Assembly (NCBI GenBank): GCA_021800165.1
Contig: JAJYZF010000010.1
Coordinates: forward strand, 2,194 to 66,193
Direction of reading: 5' to 3'
Length of the DNA: 64,000 bases
DNA from: Planctomycetota bacterium
Lineage (GTDB): Bacteria > Planctomycetota > Phycisphaerae > WQYP01
Shown in pieces: positions 47,885 through 57,551 of this stretch; positions within the stretch are counted from its first letter, which is position 1, and every line of letters starts with the position of its first letter. The position numbers and the translations under genes are program-made. The notes beneath the pieces are model-generated. The model saw only the letters and a program-made list of their open reading frames with translations, had not been told where the DNA came from and made no database searches.

Positions 47885-50551
47885 ATGGTTAACACTTTAG
47901 GGCCCAGATCGGATTGCACCTCAATCCTGACGGCAGGCTCAGCGCGATGGTTCGGACGACGGTGCGAATTGGGCACATCTCGGCGATTGGGGGCGGCTTT
48001 CCGGCAGACTGGCTTTCGGCTCAACTTTCGCTGGGGGTTGTCTGTGGCGACGCTGGTGCTGGCGGCGTCAGGGCTGGTGAGCTGCGCCAAACGCCCGGTA
48101 CCAAGCCCGCCGATAGCCGCCATCAGTGCTCCGCCTCGTCTGGTGCGGACTTTATTTTCTTATCAGCCAACGGCAAGGCCAGCTTCCGGCCAGGTGAAGG
48201 CGGTCAGCTTGGCCGGCGATTTTAATTCGTGGTCTGTCAGTGCCAATCCGATGACGCGCCGGGGAAATCGGTGGGTGGCCTCCATCCGGCTATCACCGGG
48301 CTACCACCAATACAAGTTTGTCATCAATCACCGCCGATGGATGAATGATCCGTATGCGGTCAGGCGCGTCTCCAACGGCATGGGCGGTTTTAACTCGCAA
48401 GTCGCTGTGGTTTCGCCTTGGCTTAAGTTGCCGCCACCCTCGGCCAACAGCATTAATCCCCGGGCCATTTCCTTCCGCCCCACCAATACCCGCCAGTTTG
48501 ATGTGTTATCCCGTCACGATGTGCGTATAGAGTTGCTGGCGCAGACCGGCGGCTTAAGCCACGTGCGGGTTATGATGCCGGGTTCGCATCCGGCCTCCAT
48601 AGGTTTACACGTGGTGGGAAGCCGTGACGGTGCCACCACCTGGGCCAATGTCATTGCGGTTCGCGGCCGCCGGCTGCGCTATTATTTTGAACTGATACAC
48701 AAAACCTACCATGTCTTTGTGGCTGGCGGATACCTGTATGCCGCGGCCCAGGCGGCCAGCGATAACGCTTATGAATCGCCCATGCGGGCCAATGTGGTGA
48801 CGCCCCAGTGGGCCAAAAAAGCGGTTTGGTACGAAATTTTTCCGGAGCGCTTCCGCAACGGCAGCAAGGCCAACGATCCCGGCCATCATATTCCGTGGCG
48901 GTGGGATTGGACCAAGCCGTACCGTCCGGCCGGCGAAAAAGGCAATTTTTACAGCTATGTCTATAAGCGTTTTTATGGGGGAGATATTCAGGGTATCCAG
49001 CAGGAACTGGGGTACCTGCGGCGTTTGGGCGTCAACGCCCTGTACCTGACACCGGTCTTCGCGGCTCCAAGCATACACAAGTATGATCCGTCGAGCTTCA
49101 TTCATATTGATGATGGATTTGGTATAAAAGGATCGCTGGCTAAAATCAAAGGCGAGCACGTACGTCACCCCGCCACATGGCAATGGTCCGCCTCGGACAA
49201 GGTTTTTCTCTCCATGCTTGCCGCCGCCCACCGGCAGGGGTTTAAGGTGATTATTGATGTGCCTTTCGGCCATTGCGGAGTGGATTTTCCACCCTTTCAA
49301 AATGTACTCAAGTACGGCCGAAAATCGCCCTACGCCAAGTGGTTTCAAATTACCAGTTGGGGACCGCCGGTACAATACCAAGGGTGGGATAAGCCCAACG
49401 GGGCCATGCCGTTGTTTGCCCGAAGCAAACACTACGGCCTGGAGCGCCAGGTGCGCGACTACCTGTTTGCCGCCACCCGTCGCTGGCTGGCTCCCAACGG
49501 CAAGGTGGCCGATGGTGTGGATGGCTTCCGATTGGATACCGCCACGGATGTGCCGCATCGTTTCTGGATTGCCTGGCGGCGATTGGTGAAGAGCATTAAT
49601 CCGCAGGCCCTGATTGTCGGGGAAATCTGGACGCCGGCCCAGGCGTGGCTGAACCGGGGGAACCAGTTTGATGCGGTGATGAATTACCCCTTTGCCCAGG
49701 CCACCACCAAATATTTTGTCGACACTTTGCGCGATGGTGGTCGAGGCCTTTCCAGCGGGCAGTTTGCCGCACGGCTGGAACAAATTCTCGGTTATTACCC
49801 CTACCAGGTGGATCTGGTGAATCAAAACCTGCTTGATAGCCAGGATACGGATCGGTTTGTTTCAAGATTCATGAATCCTAATCTGCCCTTTAACGGTGCC
49901 GACCGGCTGCAAGACAGCAACCCTCATTATAATACGGCTAAACCGACGGCGGAGGCGTATGAGAGGCTCAAAGGCGTGGTGGCTTTTCAGATGGCGTTTG
50001 CCGGAGCGCCCATGATCTGGTACGGCGACGAGGTGGGGATGTGGGGGGCCAGCGACCCGGCCAATCGGCAGCCCATGCTTTGGAAGGATCTGCAGCCTTA
50101 TGATAATCCGGCTTTAACGGTGAACACGTCGCTGCTCCACTTTTACCGCCGGGCCATAGCGGCGCGACGGCAGTTGCCGGCTTTGCAGATAGGCTCATGG
50201 GGCCGACTCCAGATCGTGGGGGCCTCAAGGGTATTTGCGTATTACCGTTCGTTGGGCCATGAACATGTTTATGTGGTGGTCAATCGCAGCAGCCGTGCCG
50301 TGCGTATCCGGATGCCGGTCTTGGCCTTCGATCGCGGCCACCATCTCCTGGACTACCTTTCATCGCGGGACTGCAAACTGGTTTTCCCGCCGGTGCCCAG
50401 CACAAACGGCAGGCCGGTCTTAACCCGTATTCGTCGTGGAATTCTCGCCCGTGCCGGGAAAAAAACACTTAAGCTCACCTTGGGACCGTGGCAGGCCAGG
50501 TTGCTGGCCCGTTATCGCCGGGGCCATTTCGGGGCCGGCTTTTCCCGCTAG
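47885..50551 (+). CDS. GH13 alpha-glucan hydrolase lipoprotein with an N-terminal CBM48/E-set-like domain (pullulanase/neopullulanase-like).
   Basis: Lipobox LVLAASGLVSC. CBM48-like VKAVSLAGDFNSWSV...HQYKFVIN. GH13 region II GVDGFRLDTATDV, region III LIVGEIWT, region IV LLDSQDTDRF. Confidence 0.75.
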   Translation: MVNTLGPRSDCTSILTAGSARWFGRRCELGTSRRLGAAFRQTGFRLNFRWGLSVATLVLAASGLVSCAKRPVPSPPIAAISAPPRLVRTLFSYQPTARPASGQVKAVSLAGDFNSWSVSANPMTRRGNRWVASIRLSPGYHQYKFVINHRRWMNDPYAVRRVSNGMGGFNSQVAVVSPWLKLPPPSANSINPRAISFRPTNTRQFDVLSRHDVRIELLAQTGGLSHVRVMMPGSHPASIGLHVVGSRDGATTWANVIAVRGRRLRYYFELIHKTYHVFVAGGYLYAAAQAASDNAYESPMRANVVTPQWAKKAVWYEIFPERFRNGSKANDPGHHIPWRWDWTKPYRPAGEKGNFYSYVYKRFYGGDIQGIQQELGYLRRLGVNALYLTPVFAAPSIHKYDPSSFIHIDDGFGIKGSLAKIKGEHVRHPATWQWSASDKVFLSMLAAAHRQGFKVIIDVPFGHCGVDFPPFQNVLKYGRKSPYAKWFQITSWGPPVQYQGWDKPNGAMPLFARSKHYGLERQVRDYLFAATRRWLAPNGKVADGVDGFRLDTATDVPHRFWIAWRRLVKSINPQALIVGEIWTPAQAWLNRGNQFDAVMNYPFAQATTKYFVDTLRDGGRGLSSGQFAARLEQILGYYPYQVDLVNQNLLDSQDTDRFVSRFMNPNLPFNGADRLQDSNPHYNTAKPTAEAYERLKGVVAFQMAFAGAPMIWYGDEVGMWGASDPANRQPMLWKDLQPYDNPALTVNTSLLHFYRRAIAARRQLPALQIGSWGRLQIVGASRVFAYYRSLGHEHVYVVVNRSSRAVRIRMPVLAFDRGHHLLDYLSSRDCKLVFPPVPSTNGRPVLTRIRRGILARAGKKTLKLTLGPWQARLLARYRRGHFGAGFSR

Positions 50552-50583
50552 GGATTTGTGGTTGCGTTGCAGGAGACCGGATC

Positions 50584-53502
50584 ATGCTGGATCGAAGAGA
50601 ATTTATGCTTAGAGGCACCGCGGTTGCGGGTGCGGTATTGGCCGCCGGAGGACCAGACGCGGCCACTGCGGAGGCGGTTGGCATCGACAGGGCATGGATC
50701 GCTGAGCGCGTGGTGGTGGGGCATTGGGGGGAAAATGTTTTAAAGATGACGGTTCTCTCTCCGCATATCGTGAGGCTGGATCTGCTGTACCGGGGCCGGC
50801 ACGATCCGGCCACACCGCTGCTGAATCCGCAGGCGCGCTTCCGGGGCGATGCCCGGGCCAACCTTCATGTGGACGCAAAGCGGCTGGAGATCAAGACGAC
50901 GGCGCTGGCGTTGGACATTGCCCGGACCACGGTCGGCCTGACGTTGCGCGACGGCACCGGCAGAGAACTGCTGCGTCCCGGCGACGGGCCAAGCCTATAC
51001 GTGTATCCCAAGGCCACGGGGCGGACGGGCTTTGCATTCCGGTGCAACCAGGGTGTCGGATTCTATGGCATCAGTTGTATTGCCATGCCCGGATGGGGCG
51101 GCAAAAAATACTCCATGGGATCCTCGATGTTACGCAATGGTTCCGGCATGCCGGATGGTACCTACCAGGTGGATGCCGGCGTCGAAGGGGGCGGCGGAGC
51201 ACCGTTCATCTGGACCACCGATGGTTATGGTCTGCTGGTGGACAGCGACGGCGGATTTTTCATGATGGGCCGGGACCGAGTCGCCTTCAATTACGGCAAT
51301 GAGCCGCTCAACGATTATGGCTGCCGCTATCCCAGACCCAACAGCCTCACCTTGTTTGTGCTGGTGGGACAGCCACGCGATATTTTCCGCGGGGTGGCCG
51401 AAATTACCGGCTACATGCCCATGTTTCCGCGCTGGGCGTACGGCTTCACCAATTCCCAGTGGGGCACGGATCAACAGGTGTTGCGGCATTATCTGGAAAC
51501 CTATCGGGCCAAGGATATTCCCATTGATAATTTCACGCTCGATTTTGACTGGAAAGACTGGGGGGCCAATCATTACGGCGAATTTCGGTGGAACCCCGTG
51601 AAATACAGTCAGGCCCTGCTGCCGGTGGACAATCCGCAGAGCCTGCTTGCCTGGACGTCGCGACTCCATTGCAAGCTCACCGGAATTATGAAACCCCGCA
51701 TCATTTTGAGCACCACCCAAGGGCAACTGCGGCCTTTGACCACGCAGGGGGCCGATTCACGCAAGCTGGGCATTTGGTTTCCGGGTGAGAAACCTTTTAA
51801 GGATTATTTTTCCCATCTGTATTCCATTGACGTTAATTTCTATCAGGAGGTGTGCCGCCGCTGGTATTGGAATGCCACGTGGTCTCATGGCTGCATGCAA
51901 CGCGGCCTGGTAGGGTTCTGGAATGATGAGGCCGATTATGGCAACCTGGGGAATTTTGAGTTTTTGCACATGCAGCAGGCTCTCTACGAGGGGCAGCGGC
52001 GCGATCGACCGAATCAGCGGGTGTGGTCGTTGAACCGCAATTTTTACCTGGGTTCGCAGCGTTATGGCTACGCGACCTGGTCGGGGGATATTCCGACCGG
52101 TTTTGACTCAATGGCCCTGCAAACGCTTCGTATGCTGACCATGATGAACCTTGGGCAGATGCGATGGGGGATGGATTCCGGCGGATTTTCCGGACATCCT
52201 TCCGATCAGAATTACGCACGCTGGATCCAGTTCAGCGCCCTGTGCCCGATTTTCCGGGTGCATTGCACGCTGGGCGAGCGTCGCCAGCCGTGGGTTTATG
52301 GCACGCAGGCCTGCGAAACCGCCAAACAGGCTATGCGGTTGCGCTACGCCCTGTTTCCCTATACGTATGCCGCTGATCATGCCGCATGTACGGAAAGTGG
52401 GATCGGGCTGGTGCGTCCGCTGATTTTTGATTATCCCCACGATCCGCAAGTGGCCGATCTAAGCGACCAGTGGATGTTCGGGGATTATCTCTTGGCGGCC
52501 CCGGTGCTGGCTCCGCTGGAACAAAGCGCCACCCGGCGCGTGTACCTGCCCGGCGGAAATGACTGGCTCGATTACTTTCGCGGTACGCGCTACCGCGGTG
52601 GTCAGTGGCTCGATTATGCGCTCAACACGGATTCCTGGATGGATATTCCGCTGTTCATCAAAGAGGGGGCGATTATTGCGACCTTTGAGCCGGTGCCGGC
52701 GCTGCATACCGCCCGGCCCGGCATGGCTTACATTGATATTTTCCCCTCCGCCCATGCTACCCAGGGGGTTTTTTATGAGGATGACGGCGATACGTTCGAC
52801 TATCAGCGGGGGCGATTTCATAAGCAAGTGATCACCGCCGAGCGCCAGGCACGCCACACCCATGTTGCGATTTCGGCGCAGCAGGGAACCTATGCTTCCA
52901 GCGTGCGGGAATTTGTTTTGCGTCTGCATGGTCAGGCGGCCACAGCGGTGCATGTCACCGGCCCGGGCGGTCCCGCGGCGGTGGTGCAAACATCGCGGGA
53001 TGTTTTTGGAGCTTTCACCACCGTGCGTGTGCCGACAGGCGTTGCCTTGACCGTCGATTTTCATGGCCAAGAGCCTGCGCTGCCGCAGGTGGAAACCCTT
53101 GCTTTGGCTCAGGCGTCGCTGATAGGGCCTTCGCCGGAGCGGCGTGCGCTGCTGGTGCACGGCGCGGCGGGTCAGGTTGGTGGTTATATTACGCGTCTGG
53201 ATGTTGCGCAAGCCGGGGCCGGCTTTTACCTGCAGCGCCGCCGCAGGGGCCATTACGCGGTGAAGATTCGTGCCGCCAACGCCCAGGCGCATCAGGCTGG
53301 CACGCTCAACGTTTATGTCAATGGCCGGCAGGTGGCCGTACTGAAGGTTGCCGCGGCGTCGGAGCCGGATGTGTGGCAGGAAATCACGCTGCAATTGCCG
53401 CTGGCTGCGGGCAATAACACCATCCTGCTGCGCCACGATACGGACAATGCTGGATCGTTGCACCTTTCCGCCATTGCGGTTCCCTTCGAGCCCAACGCGT
53501 AG
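50584..53502 (+). CDS. GH31 alpha-glucosidase-family enzyme with a Tat signal.
   Basis: Tat-like DRREFMLRGTAVAGAVLAAG. GH31 nucleophile block GFWNDEADYG and acid/base block TWSGDIPTGF...GMDSGGF. Confidence 0.75.
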   Translation: MLDRREFMLRGTAVAGAVLAAGGPDAATAEAVGIDRAWIAERVVVGHWGENVLKMTVLSPHIVRLDLLYRGRHDPATPLLNPQARFRGDARANLHVDAKRLEIKTTALALDIARTTVGLTLRDGTGRELLRPGDGPSLYVYPKATGRTGFAFRCNQGVGFYGISCIAMPGWGGKKYSMGSSMLRNGSGMPDGTYQVDAGVEGGGGAPFIWTTDGYGLLVDSDGGFFMMGRDRVAFNYGNEPLNDYGCRYPRPNSLTLFVLVGQPRDIFRGVAEITGYMPMFPRWAYGFTNSQWGTDQQVLRHYLETYRAKDIPIDNFTLDFDWKDWGANHYGEFRWNPVKYSQALLPVDNPQSLLAWTSRLHCKLTGIMKPRIILSTTQGQLRPLTTQGADSRKLGIWFPGEKPFKDYFSHLYSIDVNFYQEVCRRWYWNATWSHGCMQRGLVGFWNDEADYGNLGNFEFLHMQQALYEGQRRDRPNQRVWSLNRNFYLGSQRYGYATWSGDIPTGFDSMALQTLRMLTMMNLGQMRWGMDSGGFSGHPSDQNYARWIQFSALCPIFRVHCTLGERRQPWVYGTQACETAKQAMRLRYALFPYTYAADHAACTESGIGLVRPLIFDYPHDPQVADLSDQWMFGDYLLAAPVLAPLEQSATRRVYLPGGNDWLDYFRGTRYRGGQWLDYALNTDSWMDIPLFIKEGAIIATFEPVPALHTARPGMAYIDIFPSAHATQGVFYEDDGDTFDYQRGRFHKQVITAERQARHTHVAISAQQGTYASSVREFVLRLHGQAATAVHVTGPGGPAAVVQTSRDVFGAFTTVRVPTGVALTVDFHGQEPALPQVETLALAQASLIGPSPERRALLVHGAAGQVGGYITRLDVAQAGAGFYLQRRRRGHYAVKIRAANAQAHQAGTLNVYVNGRQVAVLKVAAASEPDVWQEITLQLPLAAGNNTILLRHDTDNAGSLHLSAIAVPFEPNA

Positions 53503-53728
53503 CTTCCGGGCGTACCCCACCATGGCTGCGGCTGCGAGACGCGAACACGCCAACGCCGTGTGGGAGACGAGCTTGGGGGAGGCCGCACGGGGGAGAAAAT
53601 CTTGACGTGTTGCAAAAAGAGCAGCGGATTGTGCCGCAGGAGCCTCAAGACATACGATCATCCGTGGGTGTGACGAGATCGGCACTCCGGTCCTCCCTTT
53701 GAGAACCGGTTTCGGCTATAGTTGAAGC

Positions 53729-55234
53729 ATGAGCGTTGCAGGCACTGCTATTTCTTCGCCTCTCCTGGAACAAACCTTTCGGCGCACCTGGCCAGAGGTG
53801 GTAGTTCCCCAAGCTCCTCTGGTGACGCACAGTTCTCCCGGACGCATTGACTTGCTGGGCGGCCTGGCGGCGGAGGTGGGGGGGATGGTCGCCCAGATGG
53901 CGTTATCACGGCGGGCGTCGGTGGCGGTGCAATGGCGCACCGATGGCCGACTGGCCATCTATTCGGCCCGCCTTACCCCCGCCAGCGGACCCAGTCCAAT
54001 TATTCTCAATGCCGACCAATTTGCCGCGGCACCGGGTACGCCGGTGCGCTCGCCGCGGGAACTATTGGATTTATTGCCCCGTCCCGCACCCCATCCGGAC
54101 GCACCTGGATCCCAGCCTTGGGCAGCACCGCTGGTGGCGTTGTTCGAGTTGGTTTTAAGCCATCCTCAACTCGCCACCGCCAGTCCGCTGCGTGACCGCC
54201 GCACCGGGCGATTCTCGGGGGCCACGGTCTTCATTCACTCGGATATTCCCATGCATGCCGGACAGGCCAGTTCCACGGCGGTGATCACGGCTTTAACGCA
54301 GGCCATTTGTCGTTGTTTGCCGGTGGCCATCAGCACCGTCGAAAAGGCCGTCCTCATTCAACAGGCGCAGAACATGTTTGGCGGCACGGGCAGCCATGTG
54401 GTGGACGCTTTAACGACATTGTGTGCGCTGGAGGGTCCGCCAGCGCACATCCTGCGTTACAATGCGCAGCCACACGACTTGGTCGGCCAGATTCCCCTGC
54501 CGCCGGATCTGAAGATTTTAGCCCTTAACACGGGGGTACCCGCCATGAAAGGCGGGCAGACGGTGCGTTCACTTCGGCTCGCGGGGGCGATGGGCCTGCA
54601 GATTATTCAGGTGATTTACAGCGATCTGGGGAGGCAAGAAGCGCCCTTGCACGGATATCTGGGTAATTTATCGCCGAGTTTATACCGCCGTTATTTTCGC
54701 GCCTTGCTGCCGCGGCGTCTGCGGGGGCGCGATTTTGTGCGATCGTACGGCCCCCTGCCGCCAAGTGCCGGTGAAATTCACCCCGACCAGTTCTACCGGG
54801 TGCGCACGGCCATCGACCACCTGATTTCGGAACACGAACATGCGGAGCACTTTTTGCATGAAATGGAACAGCCGGTGGAACCCGCCGTCGGTCCTCGGCG
54901 GTCACAAACGTATCGCGATTTAACCTTGCGCCGGGCCGGGCGGCTGCTGCTGGCTTCGCATCATAGTTATCGTCTGCGGCTGGGACTTTCCTGCTGGCAG
55001 GCGGATTGGCTTATTGATCGCCTGATGAGCTTTGGGCCGGAGCACGGCATCTTCGGCGCACGCATCGGCGAATGTGGCGGCGGCGGCACGGTAACCGTGC
55101 TGACCGATTGCTCCCCTGCCGCCACCGAAGCCATACTCGCAATCATACCTGCCTACCGCACCACAGTCGGCGGCACGCTGCATGTGGATGTGGCGGGCGG
55201 ACCGGGCAGCGCCGGAGCACTGCTGGTTCGATGA
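53729..55234 (+). CDS. GHMP-kinase family protein (galactokinase-like sugar kinase).
   Basis: N-terminal SPGRIDLLGGLAAEVGG resembles the galactokinase signature. The GHMP ATP motif PxGSGLGSSAA appears as PMHAGQASSTAV. Confidence 0.5.
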   Translation: MSVAGTAISSPLLEQTFRRTWPEVVVPQAPLVTHSSPGRIDLLGGLAAEVGGMVAQMALSRRASVAVQWRTDGRLAIYSARLTPASGPSPIILNADQFAAAPGTPVRSPRELLDLLPRPAPHPDAPGSQPWAAPLVALFELVLSHPQLATASPLRDRRTGRFSGATVFIHSDIPMHAGQASSTAVITALTQAICRCLPVAISTVEKAVLIQQAQNMFGGTGSHVVDALTTLCALEGPPAHILRYNAQPHDLVGQIPLPPDLKILALNTGVPAMKGGQTVRSLRLAGAMGLQIIQVIYSDLGRQEAPLHGYLGNLSPSLYRRYFRALLPRRLRGRDFVRSYGPLPPSAGEIHPDQFYRVRTAIDHLISEHEHAEHFLHEMEQPVEPAVGPRRSQTYRDLTLRRAGRLLLASHHSYRLRLGLSCWQADWLIDRLMSFGPEHGIFGARIGECGGGGTVTVLTDCSPAATEAILAIIPAYRTTVGGTLHVDVAGGPGSAGALLVR

Positions 55235-56283
55235 TGGGTACGCATGGAAATAGTCGCCAGCGCAGTCAAGATTATGTGCGCGAGCTGGTACTTACGTATG
55301 GCTACCACGCCAACGCCTATCAAGTCCTCAATCCCGGCATGCGTCACTGGTTTTCCAGCCATGATCCGGCCGTTGTAGGCTACGTTAAACGCGGTTGCTG
55401 GTGGGTGGCGGCGGGAGCGCCGATTTGCGATCCGGCGAATCTGCTGCAGGTCGCACTGGAATTTCAGGCTGCTGCCCAGCGCCACCGTTGCCGGGTATGT
55501 TATTGCTTTGCCGAGCAGCCGCTGGTGGATTGCTTAGAACCTTTGGGGCACAAGGTTATCGCTCTGGGTGCCCAGCCGGTATGGATTCCGGACCACTGGC
55601 CGCATCTGCTGCAAAGTCACCGATCGCTGCGGCAGCAGATCAGACGGGCCCAGAATAAGGGAGTTTACATTCAAACGTTTACGCCGGCGCAGGCGATGGC
55701 GGATATGCGATTTCAGGACTCTCTGCGTCTGTGGCTCCAGCATAAACCCCTGGCACCGATGGGTTTTCTGGCGGAACCACGGGCACTGGAAGCGGGTTAT
55801 CCGGATCGGTTGATTTGGGGAGCCATGCAGCGCCAGGGGGATGAGGGGGAAAAACTCCTGGCCTTTTTGCTCTCCTCACCGGTACCGCGCCGGAGTGGAT
55901 TTTTAGTGGAACAGATCATTCGCCATCCCGCGGCCCCCAATGGCGCAGTGGAAATGCTCATTGACGCGTGCATGAGAGAACTACACCGGCGCGGGTCCGA
56001 GTACCTGACGCACGGCCCGGTGGCCTTAAGTCGCTACGCACCCTGGGCCATGGCCTCCAATCCATGGTGGATGCGCGGTTTGATGCAGTTGACCCGCCGA
56101 CATCTGGGACGCTGGTATGGCTTTCAGACGCTGGAATCTTTTCGCGTTCGTCTTAGGCCAAACCGCTGGGAACCCGTGTACGCTATTGTGCATGGCCGCC
56201 GCTTTATTCCCGCCGCGTTCTACGCGATGGCCGGGGCGTTTTTTCGGCCGCATCGGGTGGCCGATGCCGGCGACACCGATTGA
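55231..56283 (+). CDS. Hypothetical protein, possibly DUF2156-like (MprF C-terminal aminoacyl-PG synthase-like fold).
   Basis: The start region YGYHANAYQVLNPGMRHWFSSHDPAVVGYVKRGCWWVAAGAPICDP resembles the start of DUF2156. ATGA overlap with the upstream gene. Weak assignment. Confidence 0.3.
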   Translation: MMGTHGNSRQRSQDYVRELVLTYGYHANAYQVLNPGMRHWFSSHDPAVVGYVKRGCWWVAAGAPICDPANLLQVALEFQAAAQRHRCRVCYCFAEQPLVDCLEPLGHKVIALGAQPVWIPDHWPHLLQSHRSLRQQIRRAQNKGVYIQTFTPAQAMADMRFQDSLRLWLQHKPLAPMGFLAEPRALEAGYPDRLIWGAMQRQGDEGEKLLAFLLSSPVPRRSGFLVEQIIRHPAAPNGAVEMLIDACMRELHRRGSEYLTHGPVALSRYAPWAMASNPWWMRGLMQLTRRHLGRWYGFQTLESFRVRLRPNRWEPVYAIVHGRRFIPAAFYAMAGAFFRPHRVADAGDTD

Positions 56284-56334
56284 CGGCCAGGCGCGGATGC
56301 CGCCAGCAATGGTTATCATGGGGCGGCGAAAGGA

Positions 56335-57522
56335 GTGTCTTTCATGCCCATTGCCGATTCGGATTTGACCACCCTGCGCTGGCTCTGTGATATTCCAACT
56401 GCGCCCTATCACGAACATTTTGTGGTTGCGGCGCTGCGTCACTGGCATCAGAGCCATAGCCGCCATCGCCATATACGCTGGCGTTGCGATCCCGCGGGCA
56501 ACATCCACTTGGAATATCATCAAGGACGTGCGAACTCCCGCCTGCTGGTGCTGGAGGCCCACCTGGATCATCCGGCCTTTGTGGTCACGTCCAGGGGACG
56601 CCACGGCACAGTGCGGGCCATTTTTCGCGGCGGTGTCAAACCGGAGTTTTTCACCGGGGCCCGCGTTCTGCTGTGGAACGCACCGGCACCGCCGGCAACC
56701 CGGCCCGAACCCATCGGCGTACCGGCGCAGGTGCTGGCGGTGACACCCGCCACCAAATCACAGCCGTTGCGGGCCATATTGCGGGCTGACCGAACGGCTA
56801 TCCGCACCGGTGCCATCGGCACCTGGCACCTGCCTGATGCGGCAGTACACGATAACCTCTTCACCGCGCGGGCCTGCGATGATCTGGCCGGGGTGGCGGC
56901 TTGCTTATGCGTGCTCGACCGATTGATCCAGCGCCGGGCGGCAGCCCGTGTGCGGGTGCTATTGACGCGTGCCGAAGAGGTGGGGTTTGCGGGTGCGATC
57001 GCCGCTGCCCATCAGGGTTGGATTCCCAAGACCTGCGCGGTCATCGGCCTGGAAACCAGCCGCACGACGGCCCAGGCCAGGCTGGGCCACGGCCCGGTGA
57101 TTCGGGTGGGGGATCGCAGCAGTGTATTTGATGGTGCGTTGACCGGTTTTATGGCCACCATCGCCGCCCGCGTGGCTGCGGCTGTGCCGGAATTCAAATT
57201 CCAACGAGCATTGATGGATGGCGGCACCTGTGATACCACGGCCTTTGACGCTTTTGGCTATCAGGCCGGTGCCGTGTGTCTGGCTTTGGGTAACTATCAC
57301 AACATGGCCGATCTTCCGGCGGACCAAGGCTTGGCGGCTGTTACATCCGCAGGACCGACGATAGCGTCGGAAACGATTGACGTTCGCGATTTTGCCGGGG
57401 AAGTGGAATTGCTCACGGCGTTGTGCCGGGAGTTTTGGCGTTTCCAGCCGGGAACGGCCGCGTTGCGTAAAAAGTTATGCGCATTACACTACCACACGCA
57501 AAAAAAGTTATTATATTCATAA
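56335..57522 (+). CDS. M42-family metallopeptidase-like protein.
   Basis: LEAHLDHPAFVV (compare AHMDEIGFMV), ARACDDLAGVAAC (compare ALDDRAG), MDGGTCD. Confidence 0.55.
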   Translation: MSFMPIADSDLTTLRWLCDIPTAPYHEHFVVAALRHWHQSHSRHRHIRWRCDPAGNIHLEYHQGRANSRLLVLEAHLDHPAFVVTSRGRHGTVRAIFRGGVKPEFFTGARVLLWNAPAPPATRPEPIGVPAQVLAVTPATKSQPLRAILRADRTAIRTGAIGTWHLPDAAVHDNLFTARACDDLAGVAACLCVLDRLIQRRAAARVRVLLTRAEEVGFAGAIAAAHQGWIPKTCAVIGLETSRTTAQARLGHGPVIRVGDRSSVFDGALTGFMATIAARVAAAVPEFKFQRALMDGGTCDTTAFDAFGYQAGAVCLALGNYHNMADLPADQGLAAVTSAGPTIASETIDVRDFAGEVELLTALCREFWRFQPGTAALRKKLCALHYHTQKKLLYS

Positions 57523-57551
57523 AAATCAAGCTGTACCAGAAAGGGTTTGCC

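Noticed and set aside
41501-53685. Long antisense ORFs inside glycoside hydrolase genes (41501-43390 +, 48605-49825 -, 52459-53685 -).
   Set aside because: Each is embedded in the opposite strand of a gene with clear GH13/GH31 catalytic motifs. No independent start signals or recognisable domains.
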